A DNA stretch of 64,000 nt from Mucilaginibacter sp. (GCF_041660805.1 NZ_JBAZVP010000020.1:3681-67680); one strand, 5' to 3'. Shown: positions 1 to 11,807, numbered from the stretch's first letter. Notes: generated by a model not told the origin, from the sequence alone. Numbers and translations: made by a program.

Positions 1-648
1 GGCCTCCCTATACAAATCAATAAGTGGGCGAAAACGGTGTGTTTCACCACCAATAATGGCTACCATCAGCGGCAAGCCAAGCACCCCTGCACGTACAAAT
101 GATTCTGGTGTGCCACCCACGCCCAGCCATACAGGTAATGGATTTTGAATAGGTCTGGGATATATACCTTGTCCGGTTAAAGCAGGCCTGAACTTGCCCG
201 TCCAGTGTACGTGTTCATTATTTAAGATCTTTATTAACAGTTCCAGCTTTTCAGAAAAAAGCTGGTCGTAATCATGTAAATTAAAACCAAATAAAGGGAA
301 GGATTCGGTAAAAGATCCCCGGCCAACCACCATTTCGGCGCGGCCGTTAGAGATCAGATCAAGTGTGGCGGCATTTTGGAAGACCCTTACAGGGTCGGCA
401 GCGCTTAATACGGTTACTGCACTTGTAAGGCGTATTTGTTTGGTGCGTGCAGCAGCAGCAGCCAGTATCACAGCAGGAGCAGAGTCTAAAAACTCTTTAC
501 GGTGATGTTCGCCAATGCCAAATATATCAAGGCCTACGCGGTCGGCTTGTTCAATACGGTCAAGCAATTGGCCCATGGCCTCCGCATCAGTAATATTTGG
601 CCCGGTGCCCTTAAATGCGGCTGCAAAACTATCAATTCCAATTTCCAT
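1..648 (-). CDS. LLM-class (luciferase-like) flavin-dependent oxidoreductase, C-terminally truncated by the window edge
   Basis: Hand translation of the minus strand from ATG at 648-646 gives [53 protein letters not shown]..., open to position 1. The N-terminus and the FGxGEHH motif are typical of the luciferase-like monooxygenase family. It is not in the ORF track because no stop lies in the window. Confidence 0.7.
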   Translation of the reverse strand, partial: MEIGIDSFAAAFKGTGPNITDAEAMGQLLDRIEQADRVGLDIFGIGEHHRKEFLDSAPAVILAAAAARTKQIRLTSAVTVLSAADPVRVFQNAATLDLISNGRAEMVVGRGSFTESFPLFGFNLHDYDQLFSEKLELLIKILNNEHVHWTGKFRPALTGQGIYPRPIQNPLPVWLGVGGTPESFVRAGVLGLPLMVAIIGGETHRFRPLIDLYREA

Positions 649-855
649 AGGTATATATAATATTTATTGCAAAATACACTTAAATAAAAATAGTTGTGCT
701 TGCCATTTAGCAAAATGACACCGGATAAACTTAGGGAGATAATGTATGCTAATGAGTATGTTAACCCGTAAAGAGCTTATAAAAGTCGAAGAATTTTTAA
801 CCTCAAACTTCGTATTTAATATCGGCGTTTAATATAATAATGTTGTTGTGACTGA

Positions 856-1671
856 TTAATATTCGGCTAAAACATTAAAGCCAATACCGGCAATTCCCAC
901 CTTTTCCCATTTATCCTGGCTTGTATCGCGGGATATAATAGAACCGCTTAATAAACTTGCAGAGAACATAACTCCATGGCCGCGTGCATTTTGGATCCAT
1001 TCAAGGCTTACAAAAAATTTGTCTTCAACTATAATATTATAGGGCTCGAGATTAAGATTTATCTTCTCCTGTCCTTTTCGTATCGTCAAAAAGATGTTTT
1101 GATTCTGTAACAGCTGGTCGGGCATACCGTCCTTCACAGTATAAAAATTAAGGCGAAGCATAACCGAATCAACTATTCCGCTTGCAATAGAGGCGTTAAA
1201 CTGTTTAAGAAAGGTAGGAGATTTTTTTATTTTAATGATGGTTCCTATTTCATTACCAAGCCTGTTGCTCTTAAAACCGGCATTGCCAGATTTTGATTGT
1301 GTGGTATTGCCCAGTATAACTTGCTTCCATTTATGGTTATTTACCTTTACTTCCTTTAACTGGGTAATGGTTGGTTGCAGCAAAAGGGTTTTATATGAAT
1401 CAGCATTTTTAACAAAATCTGCCACCTGATAGGTGAGCGGTTTATAGCCTATCATAGATAGTTTTAAACTATCGGCATCATGGTTAGCTAAATTAAGCTT
1501 ATAACGGCCCGCACTATCGGTAACAGTACCTACACTTTTACCTATAATACCCACATTTACATAGGGCAGGGGCTGGTCGGTTTTAGAATCTTTAACTACA
1601 CCGTCAAAAACCTGTGCATGAGCAAATAATGCCGGGAAAATAAATAAGGCAATAAAATATAAATGTTTCAT
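856..1671 (-). CDS. secreted carboxypeptidase-regulatory-like domain protein
   Basis: 271-aa ORF with an N-terminal signal peptide (MKHLYFIALFIFPALFAHAQ). It is followed by GVVKDSKTDQPLPYVNVGIIGKSVGTVTDSAGRYKL, typical of the CarboxypepD_reg fold. Confidence 0.6.
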   Translation of the reverse strand: MKHLYFIALFIFPALFAHAQVFDGVVKDSKTDQPLPYVNVGIIGKSVGTVTDSAGRYKLNLANHDADSLKLSMIGYKPLTYQVADFVKNADSYKTLLLQPTITQLKEVKVNNHKWKQVILGNTTQSKSGNAGFKSNRLGNEIGTIIKIKKSPTFLKQFNASIASGIVDSVMLRLNFYTVKDGMPDQLLQNQNIFLTIRKGQEKINLNLEPYNIIVEDKFFVSLEWIQNARGHGVMFSASLLSGSIISRDTSQDKWEKVGIAGIGFNVLAEY

Positions 1672-1700
1672 GTAGTTATGACGCGCCGCTATTTGGTTCG

Positions 1701-3371
<1,671 letters not shown>

Positions 3372-3688
3372 TTAATTAAATGGGAGGGTGTTTTACCCGG
3401 GGAATTTTTTATCGGGCTATTATTCTACAATTAGCAACATTTTATCCACATTTATTTAAAAGTTTATTGCAGTATGACTTATTCTACGTATAATTAAGGA
3501 TTATAACGCTCTGGAATAGGATTTGCTAAAATTCTATCAGATAACCAATTTTTTATAAACCAATTATTCTAACACCCCCGAAGTCATGATAATTACTATT
3601 GTAGTTTGCCTGTTCGTAATAAATGCAGTTATTATGATATATGATGTAAAAGTCAATAAAGACATTTAAGCATATATCATACAAACGA

Positions 3689-4084
3689 TTATTTAAACAG
3701 CCCGGATAAGTTCTGCGTCTCCTCGTTAGCAAGTTTTTGTAACGGGCCGGATGCCATCATCCTCATAAGCATATTAAGATCTGCTGTGATGGTAAACTTC
3801 GCCTGCGCGGCTTCGCCGCTTGCAAATAATTCCCATTTAAGCTGCATATCAAATGGCGGCTTTTCGGCAGGGATGATAATTATCTCGCGGTTTGTGATGC
3901 GTCCGCTTATTTTTAAGGAAAGCCTGGTAATATTCTCAATATTAAAGCTGGCTTCATTATTTGTTGATTGCCAGTCAGTTATATTATCCGGCATTAGCTG
4001 CCTGTGATTATTCATATCAGCCAAAAAGGTGTAGATCTGGTCAACAGGCCTGTTAATTGTAACAGTACTTTCAAAAACATTCAT
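3689..4084 (-). CDS. SRPBCC (START/polyketide-cyclase-like) family protein
   Basis: 131 aa. N-terminus FESTVTINRPVDQIYTFLADMNNHRQLMP is typical of the SRPBCC superfamily. Lies 1 nt downstream of pyrE on the same strand. Confidence 0.55.
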   Translation of the reverse strand: MNVFESTVTINRPVDQIYTFLADMNNHRQLMPDNITDWQSTNNEASFNIENITRLSLKISGRITNREIIIIPAEKPPFDMQLKWELFASGEAAQAKFTITADLNMLMRMMASGPLQKLANEETQNLSGLFK

Positions 4085-4085
4085 G

Positions 4086-4727
4086 TTATTGTCCCCAGGT
4101 TGATGGTTGTTCGCGCCATTGTTTAAGCATTTCTACATCGCCGGCAGATATATACTGGTGCGCTTCAGCGTATTTTATTAAAGCGTTGTAGTTAGATAAT
4201 GTAAAAAACGGGCATTTTGCTTCTTTAAAATTCTCGGTTGCAATATCAAATCCATAGCTAAAAATAGCAGCCAGGCCGGCAACCGTATAACCTGCTGCCC
4301 GTAAAGCATCCACCGCTTGCAGGCTGCTCTTACCGGTAGATATCAGATCCTCAATTACTACCACACGTTTTCCCGGAGAAATTTCGCCCTCAATTAAATT
4401 ACCTGTGCCGTGTTCTTTAGGTTTAGCGCGTACATAAATAAATGGTAACCCTAATTCTTGCGCTACCAATGCGCCTTGTGGTATGCCTGCTGTAGCAACA
4501 CCGGCAATACAACCAACAGAACCAAACATTTCTTGTATAGCAGAGGTTAATTGCTGGCGGATATAGGTACGAATAGTAGGGTGCGAAAGAGTGATGCGAT
4601 TATCACAATATATAGGCGATTTCCAGCCCGATGCCCATGTAAAAGGATTATTAGGTTGTAATTTAATTGCTTTAATTTGCAGCAGAAATTCAGCTACTTG
4701 CTCTTCTGTTTCACTATTAATAAACAT
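4086..4727 (-). CDS. pyrE: orotate phosphoribosyltransferase
   Basis: 213 aa. PRPP-binding motif VVVIEDLISTGKS and overall PyrE-like sequence (FTWASGWKSPIYCDNR). Confidence 0.9.
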   Translation of the reverse strand: MFINSETEEQVAEFLLQIKAIKLQPNNPFTWASGWKSPIYCDNRITLSHPTIRTYIRQQLTSAIQEMFGSVGCIAGVATAGIPQGALVAQELGLPFIYVRAKPKEHGTGNLIEGEISPGKRVVVIEDLISTGKSSLQAVDALRAAGYTVAGLAAIFSYGFDIATENFKEAKCPFFTLSNYNALIKYAEAHQYISAGDVEMLKQWREQPSTWGQ

Positions 4728-5364
4728 GGCTCAAAAATACAGAATTTATATTAACGAAAAAGTAATTTTGCTTACTTCAGTACCGCCTGCACACGCTGAT
4801 AGATTTCAATTAATTGATAATGAGTATTTTGATTTGAAACTTATTTATCATTGGGTTGATAAACATGATGCTAAACTTTTTTATGTGCTTTGCGATAATG
4901 CGAAGAAATTGCTCAATAAGGTTATCAAAAACATCACGTTGATTGAGGCCGCCGGCGGACTGGTAAAAAACCAAAAAGGCGAACATCTTTTTATTTATCG
5001 CAATGATAGATGGGATTTGCCAAAAGGGAAAATAGAGAAAAACGAAAAAACAAAAGTTGCTGCTGTACGCGAAGTAGAAGAAGAATGTGGTATAAAGGTA
5101 GACAAGTTGGAAGATAAGATTTGTAAAACCTATCATGCCTATATTTACAAAGGCGAGGTAGTATTAAAAAAATCACATTGGTTTAATATGAAGTATACAG
5201 GTAAAACCAAACTTGTACCGCAAATAGAAGAGGGCATAACCGATGTGCGTTGGTTTAACCACGGGCAGGTAGAAATGATAGTTCAGAATACGTTTCCATC
5301 CATAATGGATGTACTGGAAAAAGCCGAACTAATTAAAGATAAGGCAAGGCTTCTTTTGGAATAA
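4726..5364 (+). CDS. NUDIX hydrolase
   Basis: Nudix box GKIEKNEKTKVAAVREVEEECGI. The ORF track starts at 4591 on an alternative codon inside pyrE; the first ATG (4726) gives MAQKYRIYINEKVILLT. Function beyond the family is unknown. Confidence 0.7.
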   Translation: MAQKYRIYINEKVILLTSVPPAHADRFQLIDNEYFDLKLIYHWVDKHDAKLFYVLCDNAKKLLNKVIKNITLIEAAGGLVKNQKGEHLFIYRNDRWDLPKGKIEKNEKTKVAAVREVEEECGIKVDKLEDKICKTYHAYIYKGEVVLKKSHWFNMKYTGKTKLVPQIEEGITDVRWFNHGQVEMIVQNTFPSIMDVLEKAELIKDKARLLLE

Positions 5365-5794
5365 ACTGTGTTACATCGCCGTTATAACGGATAATTTCAC
5401 GTACTATGCTTGAACTTATGGATGAGTAACCCGGTTTACTTACTATAAAAATGCTTTCAATTTCGGGCTCTAAAGCATGGTTCATTTGGGCAATGGCTTT
5501 TTCATACTCAAAATCTGATACGGTACGTATGCCGCGTATCATATAATCGGCACCAATGCTCTTGCAAAAATTTACGGTTAACCCGTCGTAAGCAACAATA
5601 TGTATCCTGTCGTCATGTGCAAAAACGGCCCGCAGCATATCCTCACGTTTGGCAACAGTAAGTAAGCCCTGTTTGTTGCTGTTAACGCCAATACCAATGT
5701 ATACCTTATCAAACAGGCTTACAGATCGTTTTACAATATCTACATGGGCTTTGGTGACCGGATCAAACGAGCCAGGAAAAAGGGCTATTTTCAT
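5333..5794 (-). CDS. coaD: pantetheine-phosphate adenylyltransferase
   Basis: 153 aa. FPGSFDPVTKAHVDIV (the HxGH-like nucleotidyltransferase motif) and the C-terminal SSSIVRE motif are characteristic of CoaD. Confidence 0.92.
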   Translation of the reverse strand: MKIALFPGSFDPVTKAHVDIVKRSVSLFDKVYIGIGVNSNKQGLLTVAKREDMLRAVFAHDDRIHIVAYDGLTVNFCKSIGADYMIRGIRTVSDFEYEKAIAQMNHALEPEIESIFIVSKPGYSSISSSIVREIIRYNGDVTQFIPKEALPYL

Positions 5795-5862
5795 ATACAG
5801 GATAACAAAATTGCTTTACCAAAAGTAATAATGATTTTTAATGTGTTGCAAAATAAGCAATA

Positions 5863-6231
5863 TTAATTGTTGGCGATAAGTTCTTCCACACTATAATATA
5901 TCTTCAGACCTGCAGCTTTGGCAACCTCTATATCTCCGTCGGCCCCTTTTGATGCACCGGGTATCCTTAAAACCGCGTCGCATTTAGTTAGTAACCGCCT
6001 GGCAATGGGGTATGATATTTCTTCATAAGCCTCATCACCGGGATGTTTTGAACCAGCCTGGTTCAGAAGGGGTAAGGCAAACCATTCGCCTATAACCGGT
6101 ATATGCCCGGCCCTGAAGATTGGGAGAGCAGCTTCTTCCATTCGCCGTAAATTTTGGGCCATAAGTATCGAGTCATCATTTGTGCCCGACCGGTAAGGGC
6201 CTGCTATTAATATGGTCAATATTTTTTTCAT
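5863..6231 (-). CDS. small Rossmann-like protein (DUF4406 / nucleoside 2-deoxyribosyltransferase-like)
   Basis: 122 aa beginning [15 protein letters not shown]. Its start overlaps the nudK stop in an ATGA (6228-6231), implying translational coupling. The family call is tentative. Confidence 0.45.
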   Translation of the reverse strand: MKKILTILIAGPYRSGTNDDSILMAQNLRRMEEAALPIFRAGHIPVIGEWFALPLLNQAGSKHPGDEAYEEISYPIARRLLTKCDAVLRIPGASKGADGDIEVAKAAGLKIYYSVEELIANN

Positions 6232-6806
6232 GCTACCAGTGAGTTTAATTGAGCGTATTGTAAAAGCATTATTGTTTTAGCATCTTTTATTTCGCCGGTT
6301 TTTATTTTATTCAAGGCATCAGCTAACGGCACTTCTAATACCTCTATGTTTTCGTTCTCGCCGGCCGCACCGCCGCCTTCGTTAACTTTCATGTCATTGG
6401 TATACTCTGCTATAAAAAAATGTAATATCTCGGTAACAGACCCCGGCGACATGTAAGCTTCAAACACTTTTTTTACGTCGGTAATTTGGTAACCGGTTTC
6501 TTCTTCAGTTTCTCTTTTAATGCATTCTTCGGGGTTATCATTATCTAATAATCCGGCGCAACATTCTATCAGCATCCCGGTTTCGTTGCCATTAATATAA
6601 GTGGGCAGCCTAAATTGTTTAGTTAATATTACTGATGATTGCTTTTTATTATATAACAAAATTGTTGATCCGTTGCCCCTGTCATAAGCTTCTCGTTCTT
6701 GTGTAATTACAGCACCGGTATTGTCTGTAGCATCAAATGTTACTTTTTTTAGCGTGTACCAGTTGTTTGACAGTATCTCCGTTTTAAGAATATTAATGTT
6801 TTTCAA
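6228..6806 (-). CDS. nudK: GDP-mannose pyrophosphatase-type NUDIX hydrolase
   Basis: 192 aa, near-colinear with E. coli NudK as I remember it ([63 protein letters not shown]). Confidence 0.85.
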   Translation of the reverse strand: MKNINILKTEILSNNWYTLKKVTFDATDNTGAVITQEREAYDRGNGSTILLYNKKQSSVILTKQFRLPTYINGNETGMLIECCAGLLDNDNPEECIKRETEEETGYQITDVKKVFEAYMSPGSVTEILHFFIAEYTNDMKVNEGGGAAGENENIEVLEVPLADALNKIKTGEIKDAKTIMLLQYAQLNSLVA

Positions 6807-6859
6807 TTGATTGTTTTTGATTAATAATGATTATTTTTGATCAAAATAAAACTATTAAT

Positions 6860-7612
6860 ATGAACTTTCAAAAAAGAAAGCAGAAAATATTTGATGAGTT
6901 AAATAAACATGGTGAAGTAGACATAAAAAAATTGGCATCGGATTTTAATATTTCAGAGATTACAGCCCGGCGAGACCTTAACCAAATGGCCACAGATGGT
7001 ATGCTTTACCGTACTCACGGTGGAGCAGTAAAAGTAAATCCGCTTGAAAAGCCGCATAGCTTTGCAAATAAAGCCGCTCAAAACTATGAGGTTAAAGATG
7101 CCATTTGCCGTAAAGCAGCTACACAAATAAATGATGGGGATATCATTTTTATGGATTGTGGCAGTACCGTTTTTAGGTTATGCCAGTTCATTAAAAATAA
7201 AAAAATAAAAGTTATAACAAATTCATTACCTGTTATTTATGAACTACAGGATTGTGCTGTAAGCTTAAATGTAATTGGCGGCGAGCTTGATAAAGAGAGG
7301 CAGGCTGTACATGGTACTACCGCAAATGAACATATATTAAAATATAGGGCAAACAAGGCTTTTTTAGGTGTGGATGGGATATCAGAGAATGGGCTTTTTG
7401 CCAATAGTGAAAATGAGGCTGCTATAACTACAGCATATGCATCAAATAGCGCGTACACTTATATATTATGTGATGCTGGCAAAATAGGAAAGGAAACCTA
7501 CTTGAAATTTGCCGGGCTTGATTTAATCAACGCTGTAATTACCAATGCCGATGTAAACGAATTGAAAGGCATTGAAGAACAGGGCGTAGCTATATTAAGC
7601 GTGAAAGTTTAA
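6860..7612 (+). CDS. DeoR/GlpR family transcriptional regulator
   Basis: N-terminal HTH (RKQKIFDELNKHGEVDIKKLASDFNISEITARRDL) plus a C-terminal sugar-phosphate-binding DeoR_C-like region. An upstream ATG at 6827 is also possible. Confidence 0.85.
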   Translation: MNFQKRKQKIFDELNKHGEVDIKKLASDFNISEITARRDLNQMATDGMLYRTHGGAVKVNPLEKPHSFANKAAQNYEVKDAICRKAATQINDGDIIFMDCGSTVFRLCQFIKNKKIKVITNSLPVIYELQDCAVSLNVIGGELDKERQAVHGTTANEHILKYRANKAFLGVDGISENGLFANSENEAAITTAYASNSAYTYILCDAGKIGKETYLKFAGLDLINAVITNADVNELKGIEEQGVAILSVKV

Positions 7613-8148
7613 TTATCCGCTTTAAAAAATGAGAAGGACGAATGCCCGTATTTGCGTTGCTCTGTAAAGGCAGGGTGATTGCTCAAATTTTGCATGGATT
7701 GATGCTCAACTATCAGCATACCATCGGGCTTAAGGAGTTTTTTATCAAATATGATCTTCGGTATCTCGGGTATCTTATTCAGGTCATACGGTGGGTCGGC
7801 AAATATCAGGTCATATTGCTCGGTTTCCATATCCAGGTATTTAAAAACATCGGCCTTAAAAGCTTCAATTTGTGTTAAACCATGCTGGCGAGATGCATCT
7901 TTAAGGTAATGTACACATTGAATGCTGCGGTCAACCCCGGTTACTTTTTCCGCTCCGCGCGATGCAAATTCCATAGCAATGTTACCTGTGCCGCTAAAAA
8001 GATCAAGCACAGTAATGTTATCAAACTCAATTTGATTTTGCAGGATGTTGAACAGCGCTTCTTTTGCAAGATCAGTTGTGGGGCGTACGGGTAGGTTTTT
8101 AGGCGGATTAAGCCTCAGGCCCTTTAGTTTTCCTCCGATGATGCGCAT
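7609..8148 (-). CDS. rsmD: 16S rRNA (guanine966-N2)-methyltransferase
   Basis: 179 aa. MRIIGGKLKG..L......RPT.D..KEALFN, the SAM motif LDLFSGTGN and the DPPY motif (FADPPY) are diagnostic of RsmD. Confidence 0.85.
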   Translation of the reverse strand: MRIIGGKLKGLRLNPPKNLPVRPTTDLAKEALFNILQNQIEFDNITVLDLFSGTGNIAMEFASRGAEKVTGVDRSIQCVHYLKDASRQHGLTQIEAFKADVFKYLDMETEQYDLIFADPPYDLNKIPEIPKIIFDKKLLKPDGMLIVEHQSMQNLSNHPAFTEQRKYGHSSFSFFKADN

Positions 8149-8936
8149 AACGACAGGGCAGCAAGGGTTAATATTTTATGTGGATCAACTTTCTGCGGAA
8201 GTTCTAACAACTCTATAGTATTTAATTTTACCTCATTAAAAAACTCCGCCAGATAGGTAACGCATTTATCGGCCTGGTTAACATCTCCGCTCATAATAAT
8301 GGTTATATTTTGTGCATCTAAATTTAGTTCCTTAGCAACAAAAGCACTATAATAAGCCAGCTCTTCGTGGTTTTTGTATGTAAAGGTGTTATAAAAACGA
8401 AGATTGGTATTAGAGAAATTCAGAAATTCGACAGTACCATCTGCAATATTAACGTACAGGTTTGTATCTGCCGGTTCGCTATTTGCAATAGCGGTTATCC
8501 AGCCTTTAGCTTTATAATTTACAGCCGGGTTATTAAACACAGACAGGTTGGCAGTCAAATTCTGGTTAACCTTATAAATAATTATGTTATCATTATCTAC
8601 CGGCTGAAAATGTACATTTTCATTATCCTGTACATCAAGCAAACGCGCAATATCAGCTACATAATCTTTATCAAACAAGTTATTTGGTAATAAAGTAAAG
8701 CCGGTTGAGGCCAGGCCGATAATTACTTGCTTATAATTTGCTGTTAAAATATCCTGCAAAGCCTGCAGGTCTTTCAGCTCATCTAATGGATAATCTTCTA
8801 CCCATGAAAGCAGCAGTTTATTAAAAGTTATTGCGTAATTAAATGAGTTCGCGTTAATCTGCAGTAACAAATTATAGCTATTTGCCTGGTTAAGGTTTAA
8901 ACTCTCGTCGGTAAAATAATGTCTGTGCTTGCTCAT
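8124..8936 (-). CDS. DUF3822-like conserved Bacteroidota protein
   Basis: About 270 aa, overlapping the rsmD start. The first ATG gives MSKHRHYFTDESL; the ORF track start at 8948 is a TTG. Position upstream of rsmD/coaD matches the conserved Bacteroidota neighbourhood as I recall it. Confidence 0.55.
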   Translation of the reverse strand: MSKHRHYFTDESLNLNQANSYNLLLQINANSFNYAITFNKLLLSWVEDYPLDELKDLQALQDILTANYKQVIIGLASTGFTLLPNNLFDKDYVADIARLLDVQDNENVHFQPVDNDNIIIYKVNQNLTANLSVFNNPAVNYKAKGWITAIANSEPADTNLYVNIADGTVEFLNFSNTNLRFYNTFTYKNHEELAYYSAFVAKELNLDAQNITIIMSGDVNQADKCVTYLAEFFNEVKLNTIELLELPQKVDPHKILTLAALSLCASSEEN

Positions 8937-8994
8937 GCAGTTCAGCAAAAGTAATATTTTTTGAATTACTTAATTAACATACTTATAACCATTT

Positions 8995-10431
8995 TTGCAT
9001 GTGCCTTTAATTGATCATATAAGTAAATCTTTTCCGCATGAGCCAACGCCCCAGCAGCAGGAGTTGTTTGGCAAGTTGCATGCTTTCTTATTAAGTGATG
9101 ATGGCGACGAGTGTTTTATTCTGAAAGGCTATGCCGGTACAGGTAAAACTACCGTGTTAGGCGCATTGGTAAAGGCATTGCCTAATTACAATTTAAAATT
9201 TGTATTGCTGGCACCAACGGGCCGTGCCGCTAAGGTTATTACCAATTACTCGGGCCGTAAGGCGTTTACTATTCACAAACGCATCTATCGTAAAAAATCA
9301 GCCTTAAATGTTGATGAATCTTTTATGATAGCCGATAACTTAAGCACTAATACGTTATTCATAATAGACGAGGCCTCCATGATATCTGACGAACTAACGG
9401 GCAACAACCGCGAAACTTTACTGCATGACCTGGTTAACTACGTTTATAATACTAAAAACTGTAAGCTAATGCTGGTGGGCGATACGGCACAACTGCCACC
9501 TGTAGGAGCAGACGATAGCCCCGCGCTGGATGAAAAATTAATGAAGGATCAGTTTGGATTGACTATACATGCTTACGAACTAACGGATGTATTGCGCCAG
9601 CAAAAGGATTCGGGCATATTATTTAATGTGACCAAGGTGCGCGATATTATTCGTGAGGGTAAAGAAAGCATGCCGCAGATTGTTACCAAAGGTTATAAGG
9701 ATGTGTTTAGAATGGGAAGCGACATGCTGGAAGAGGGATTGAACTATGCTTATAATAAGTATGGTTACGATAGCACACTCATCATTTGCAGATCAAACAA
9801 GAATGCCAACCTATACAACCGGCAGATCCGCGGCAGGATATTAATGCGTGAAGAAGAACTTACCGGTGGCGACCAATTAATGGTGGTGCGTAACAATTAT
9901 TTTTGGCTGCAGGATCAGGAAGAGGGCAGCACCGGTTTTATTGCCAATGGCGATATTGCACGCGTGAAAAAAGTGCGCCGTTTTGAGGAGATGTACGGTT
10001 TTAGATTTGCTGATGTACAACTGGAGTTTATTGATTATGCCGAAGACCCGGTACTGGATTGCAAGATATTACTGGATACGCTTTACTCCGAAGCCCCGGC
10101 CCTGCAATCAACCGACCAGAAAAGATTTTACCTGGAGGCAATGAAAGATTATGACCACATCCCTAATAAGCGGGCCAAACATGAAGAGTTAAAACTAAAC
10201 CCGTATTATAACGCCCTGCAGGTAAAATTTGCCTATGCCATTACCTGCCATAAAGCCCAGGGTGGCCAATGGGGCGCTGTATTTGTTGACCAGGGATATC
10301 TTACAGATGAAATGGTCAACACCGATTTTCTGCGCTGGTTCTATACTGCCTGCACCCGCGCCACTGATGAGCTTTATTTAGTGAACTTTAACAATAAGTT
10401 TTTTAAGGAGGCAGCGAGTGATAAGTTTTAA
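8995..10431 (+). CDS. RecD-like SF1 DNA helicase
   Basis: 478 aa. Walker A GYAGTGKTT, Walker B LFIIDEASMI, GDTAQLPPV, and the C-terminal AITCHKAQGGQW motif. The start codon is TTG (8995) or GTG (9001). Confidence 0.8.
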   Translation: MHVPLIDHISKSFPHEPTPQQQELFGKLHAFLLSDDGDECFILKGYAGTGKTTVLGALVKALPNYNLKFVLLAPTGRAAKVITNYSGRKAFTIHKRIYRKKSALNVDESFMIADNLSTNTLFIIDEASMISDELTGNNRETLLHDLVNYVYNTKNCKLMLVGDTAQLPPVGADDSPALDEKLMKDQFGLTIHAYELTDVLRQQKDSGILFNVTKVRDIIREGKESMPQIVTKGYKDVFRMGSDMLEEGLNYAYNKYGYDSTLIICRSNKNANLYNRQIRGRILMREEELTGGDQLMVVRNNYFWLQDQEEGSTGFIANGDIARVKKVRRFEEMYGFRFADVQLEFIDYAEDPVLDCKILLDTLYSEAPALQSTDQKRFYLEAMKDYDHIPNKRAKHEELKLNPYYNALQVKFAYAITCHKAQGGQWGAVFVDQGYLTDEMVNTDFLRWFYTACTRATDELYLVNFNNKFFKEAASDKF

Positions 10432-10469
10432 TATTGTAGCAAAGCGGTCATATCTTAAAGACTTACCAT

Positions 10470-11807
10470 CTAATTTGCGTTAGGCAGTTCAATAATGAAC
10501 GTGCTGCCCATGCCTTCCTGGCTTTGTACGCTTATTTTACCCTTGTGGCTTTCAATAATTTCCTTTACAATACTTAGGCCAATACCGGTAGACCGTTCGC
10601 CTTTAAGGCCTGTGCGCCCCGCGCCAGAGAAGCGTTCAAACAAGTTAGGTATCATGTGTTGAGGGATACCCAGGCCACGGTCTTTTATTTTTATCATAAC
10701 ATTGCTGTTAACAAGGCTCAGATGTACCTCAACTTTATCATCGTCTTTTGAAAACTTTAACGCGTTACTTAACAAATTATCAATCACTCTCGGGAATTTT
10801 TCATGGTTAATACGGGCATAAGCGGTTTTAGTATTGCTTATAAACGCAATATTCTCTTTGCTGCCTTGTTGTATCTTCCAGGTATCTACAACACCCTGTA
10901 AAAATTTATTCAACTCGGTTTTGGTAGTGTCTATGCTGCCGCCGTTTAAGTTTTCATTCCGGGCAGCTTCTAACAAATCATCAATAATAGTACGTGCCTT
11001 CACACATGATTCACGCATCATAGTTAAATTATCCTGGGTATCTTCGTCAATGTCTTCCATTTCCATCAGCATCGCTAAAGATTCCACTGCTGCAATAGGG
11101 TTTCGCAGGTCATGTGCTACGGTACCCAGCACCTGATTTTTAAATGTATTGGCTTTTTCAATTTCTGTATTTTTTTTGCTGATCTCAATAATTTGCCCGT
11201 AATAGCTTGCCTTATAGGAGAAAAAATAACGCGATGTAAGGTAAAAGCAGCAAAGCAATATGGCAGATATCATTTGGTTATGCGTCATTTCTGTAGGACC
11301 CGCTTGCGCATGGAAAAGCAGCATGGTGAACATCATTTCTATACCCACCAGTAGTACCATAGTTTCATACCATTCAAATATAAATAAGAAGCTTACTATA
11401 CTTAAAGCAATCAGGTAAAGGGTAAGTGCATTGCTGGGGTCTGAGGTAGATATAAAGCTGGAGTACATGCCGCATACAATAATGTACAGTGCAAAAACAA
11501 AAACAAATAAAGCCATCTCTGCCGATGCTTTTTTTGTTTTTTTTAACTGTTGTACAAGCAGGTGACTAAACAGGTAGAAGAAGGGGGTTGCAATTATAAA
11601 TACCCAATTAATGTAGTTAAATTCCGGAAAGTTTCGTGCTTTTGTAAGGCTTTCAGGAAACACATAGTAACATATCCTGATTATTAAATTAAGCGTTAAA
11701 AATATAAAGCTTGCTGTGCGTACACTTAATAAATTTTGATAAGTATAATAGTTGCGAAAGGCTGTACTATATTTATTAGGTAATTTGGTAAAAAAGTGGG
11801 TTTCCAA
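10470..11807 (-). CDS. membrane sensor histidine kinase (multi-TM N-terminus, no adjacent response regulator)
   Basis: 445 aa. About 6-7 hydrophobic helices, H-box VAHDLRNPI, and N/G boxes (DNLLSNALKF, DRGLGIP, GIGLSIVK). The start is a TTG in the ORF track, so the N-terminus is uncertain. Confidence 0.8.
   Translation of the reverse strand: METHFFTKLPNKYSTAFRNYYTYQNLLSVRTASFIFLTLNLIIRICYYVFPESLTKARNFPEFNYINWVFIIATPFFYLFSHLLVQQLKKTKKASAEMALFVFVFALYIIVCGMYSSFISTSDPSNALTLYLIALSIVSFLFIFEWYETMVLLVGIEMMFTMLLFHAQAGPTEMTHNQMISAILLCCFYLTSRYFFSYKASYYGQIIEISKKNTEIEKANTFKNQVLGTVAHDLRNPIAAVESLAMLMEMEDIDEDTQDNLTMMRESCVKARTIIDDLLEAARNENLNGGSIDTTKTELNKFLQGVVDTWKIQQGSKENIAFISNTKTAYARINHEKFPRVIDNLLSNALKFSKDDDKVEVHLSLVNSNVMIKIKDRGLGIPQHMIPNLFERFSGAGRTGLKGERSTGIGLSIVKEIIESHKGKISVQSQEGMGSTFIIELPNAN

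Noticed and set aside
515-718. A 67-aa plus-strand ORF overlapping the start of the luciferase-like oxidoreductase.
   Set aside because: It is antisense to a much better supported CDS and has low-complexity sequence.
4591-4725. The N-terminal 45 codons of the ORF-track NUDIX model.
   Set aside because: This stretch begins at a non-ATG codon, lies entirely antisense within pyrE, and gives a Cys/Ser-rich sequence unlike NUDIX N-termini. The ATG at 4726 was chosen instead.
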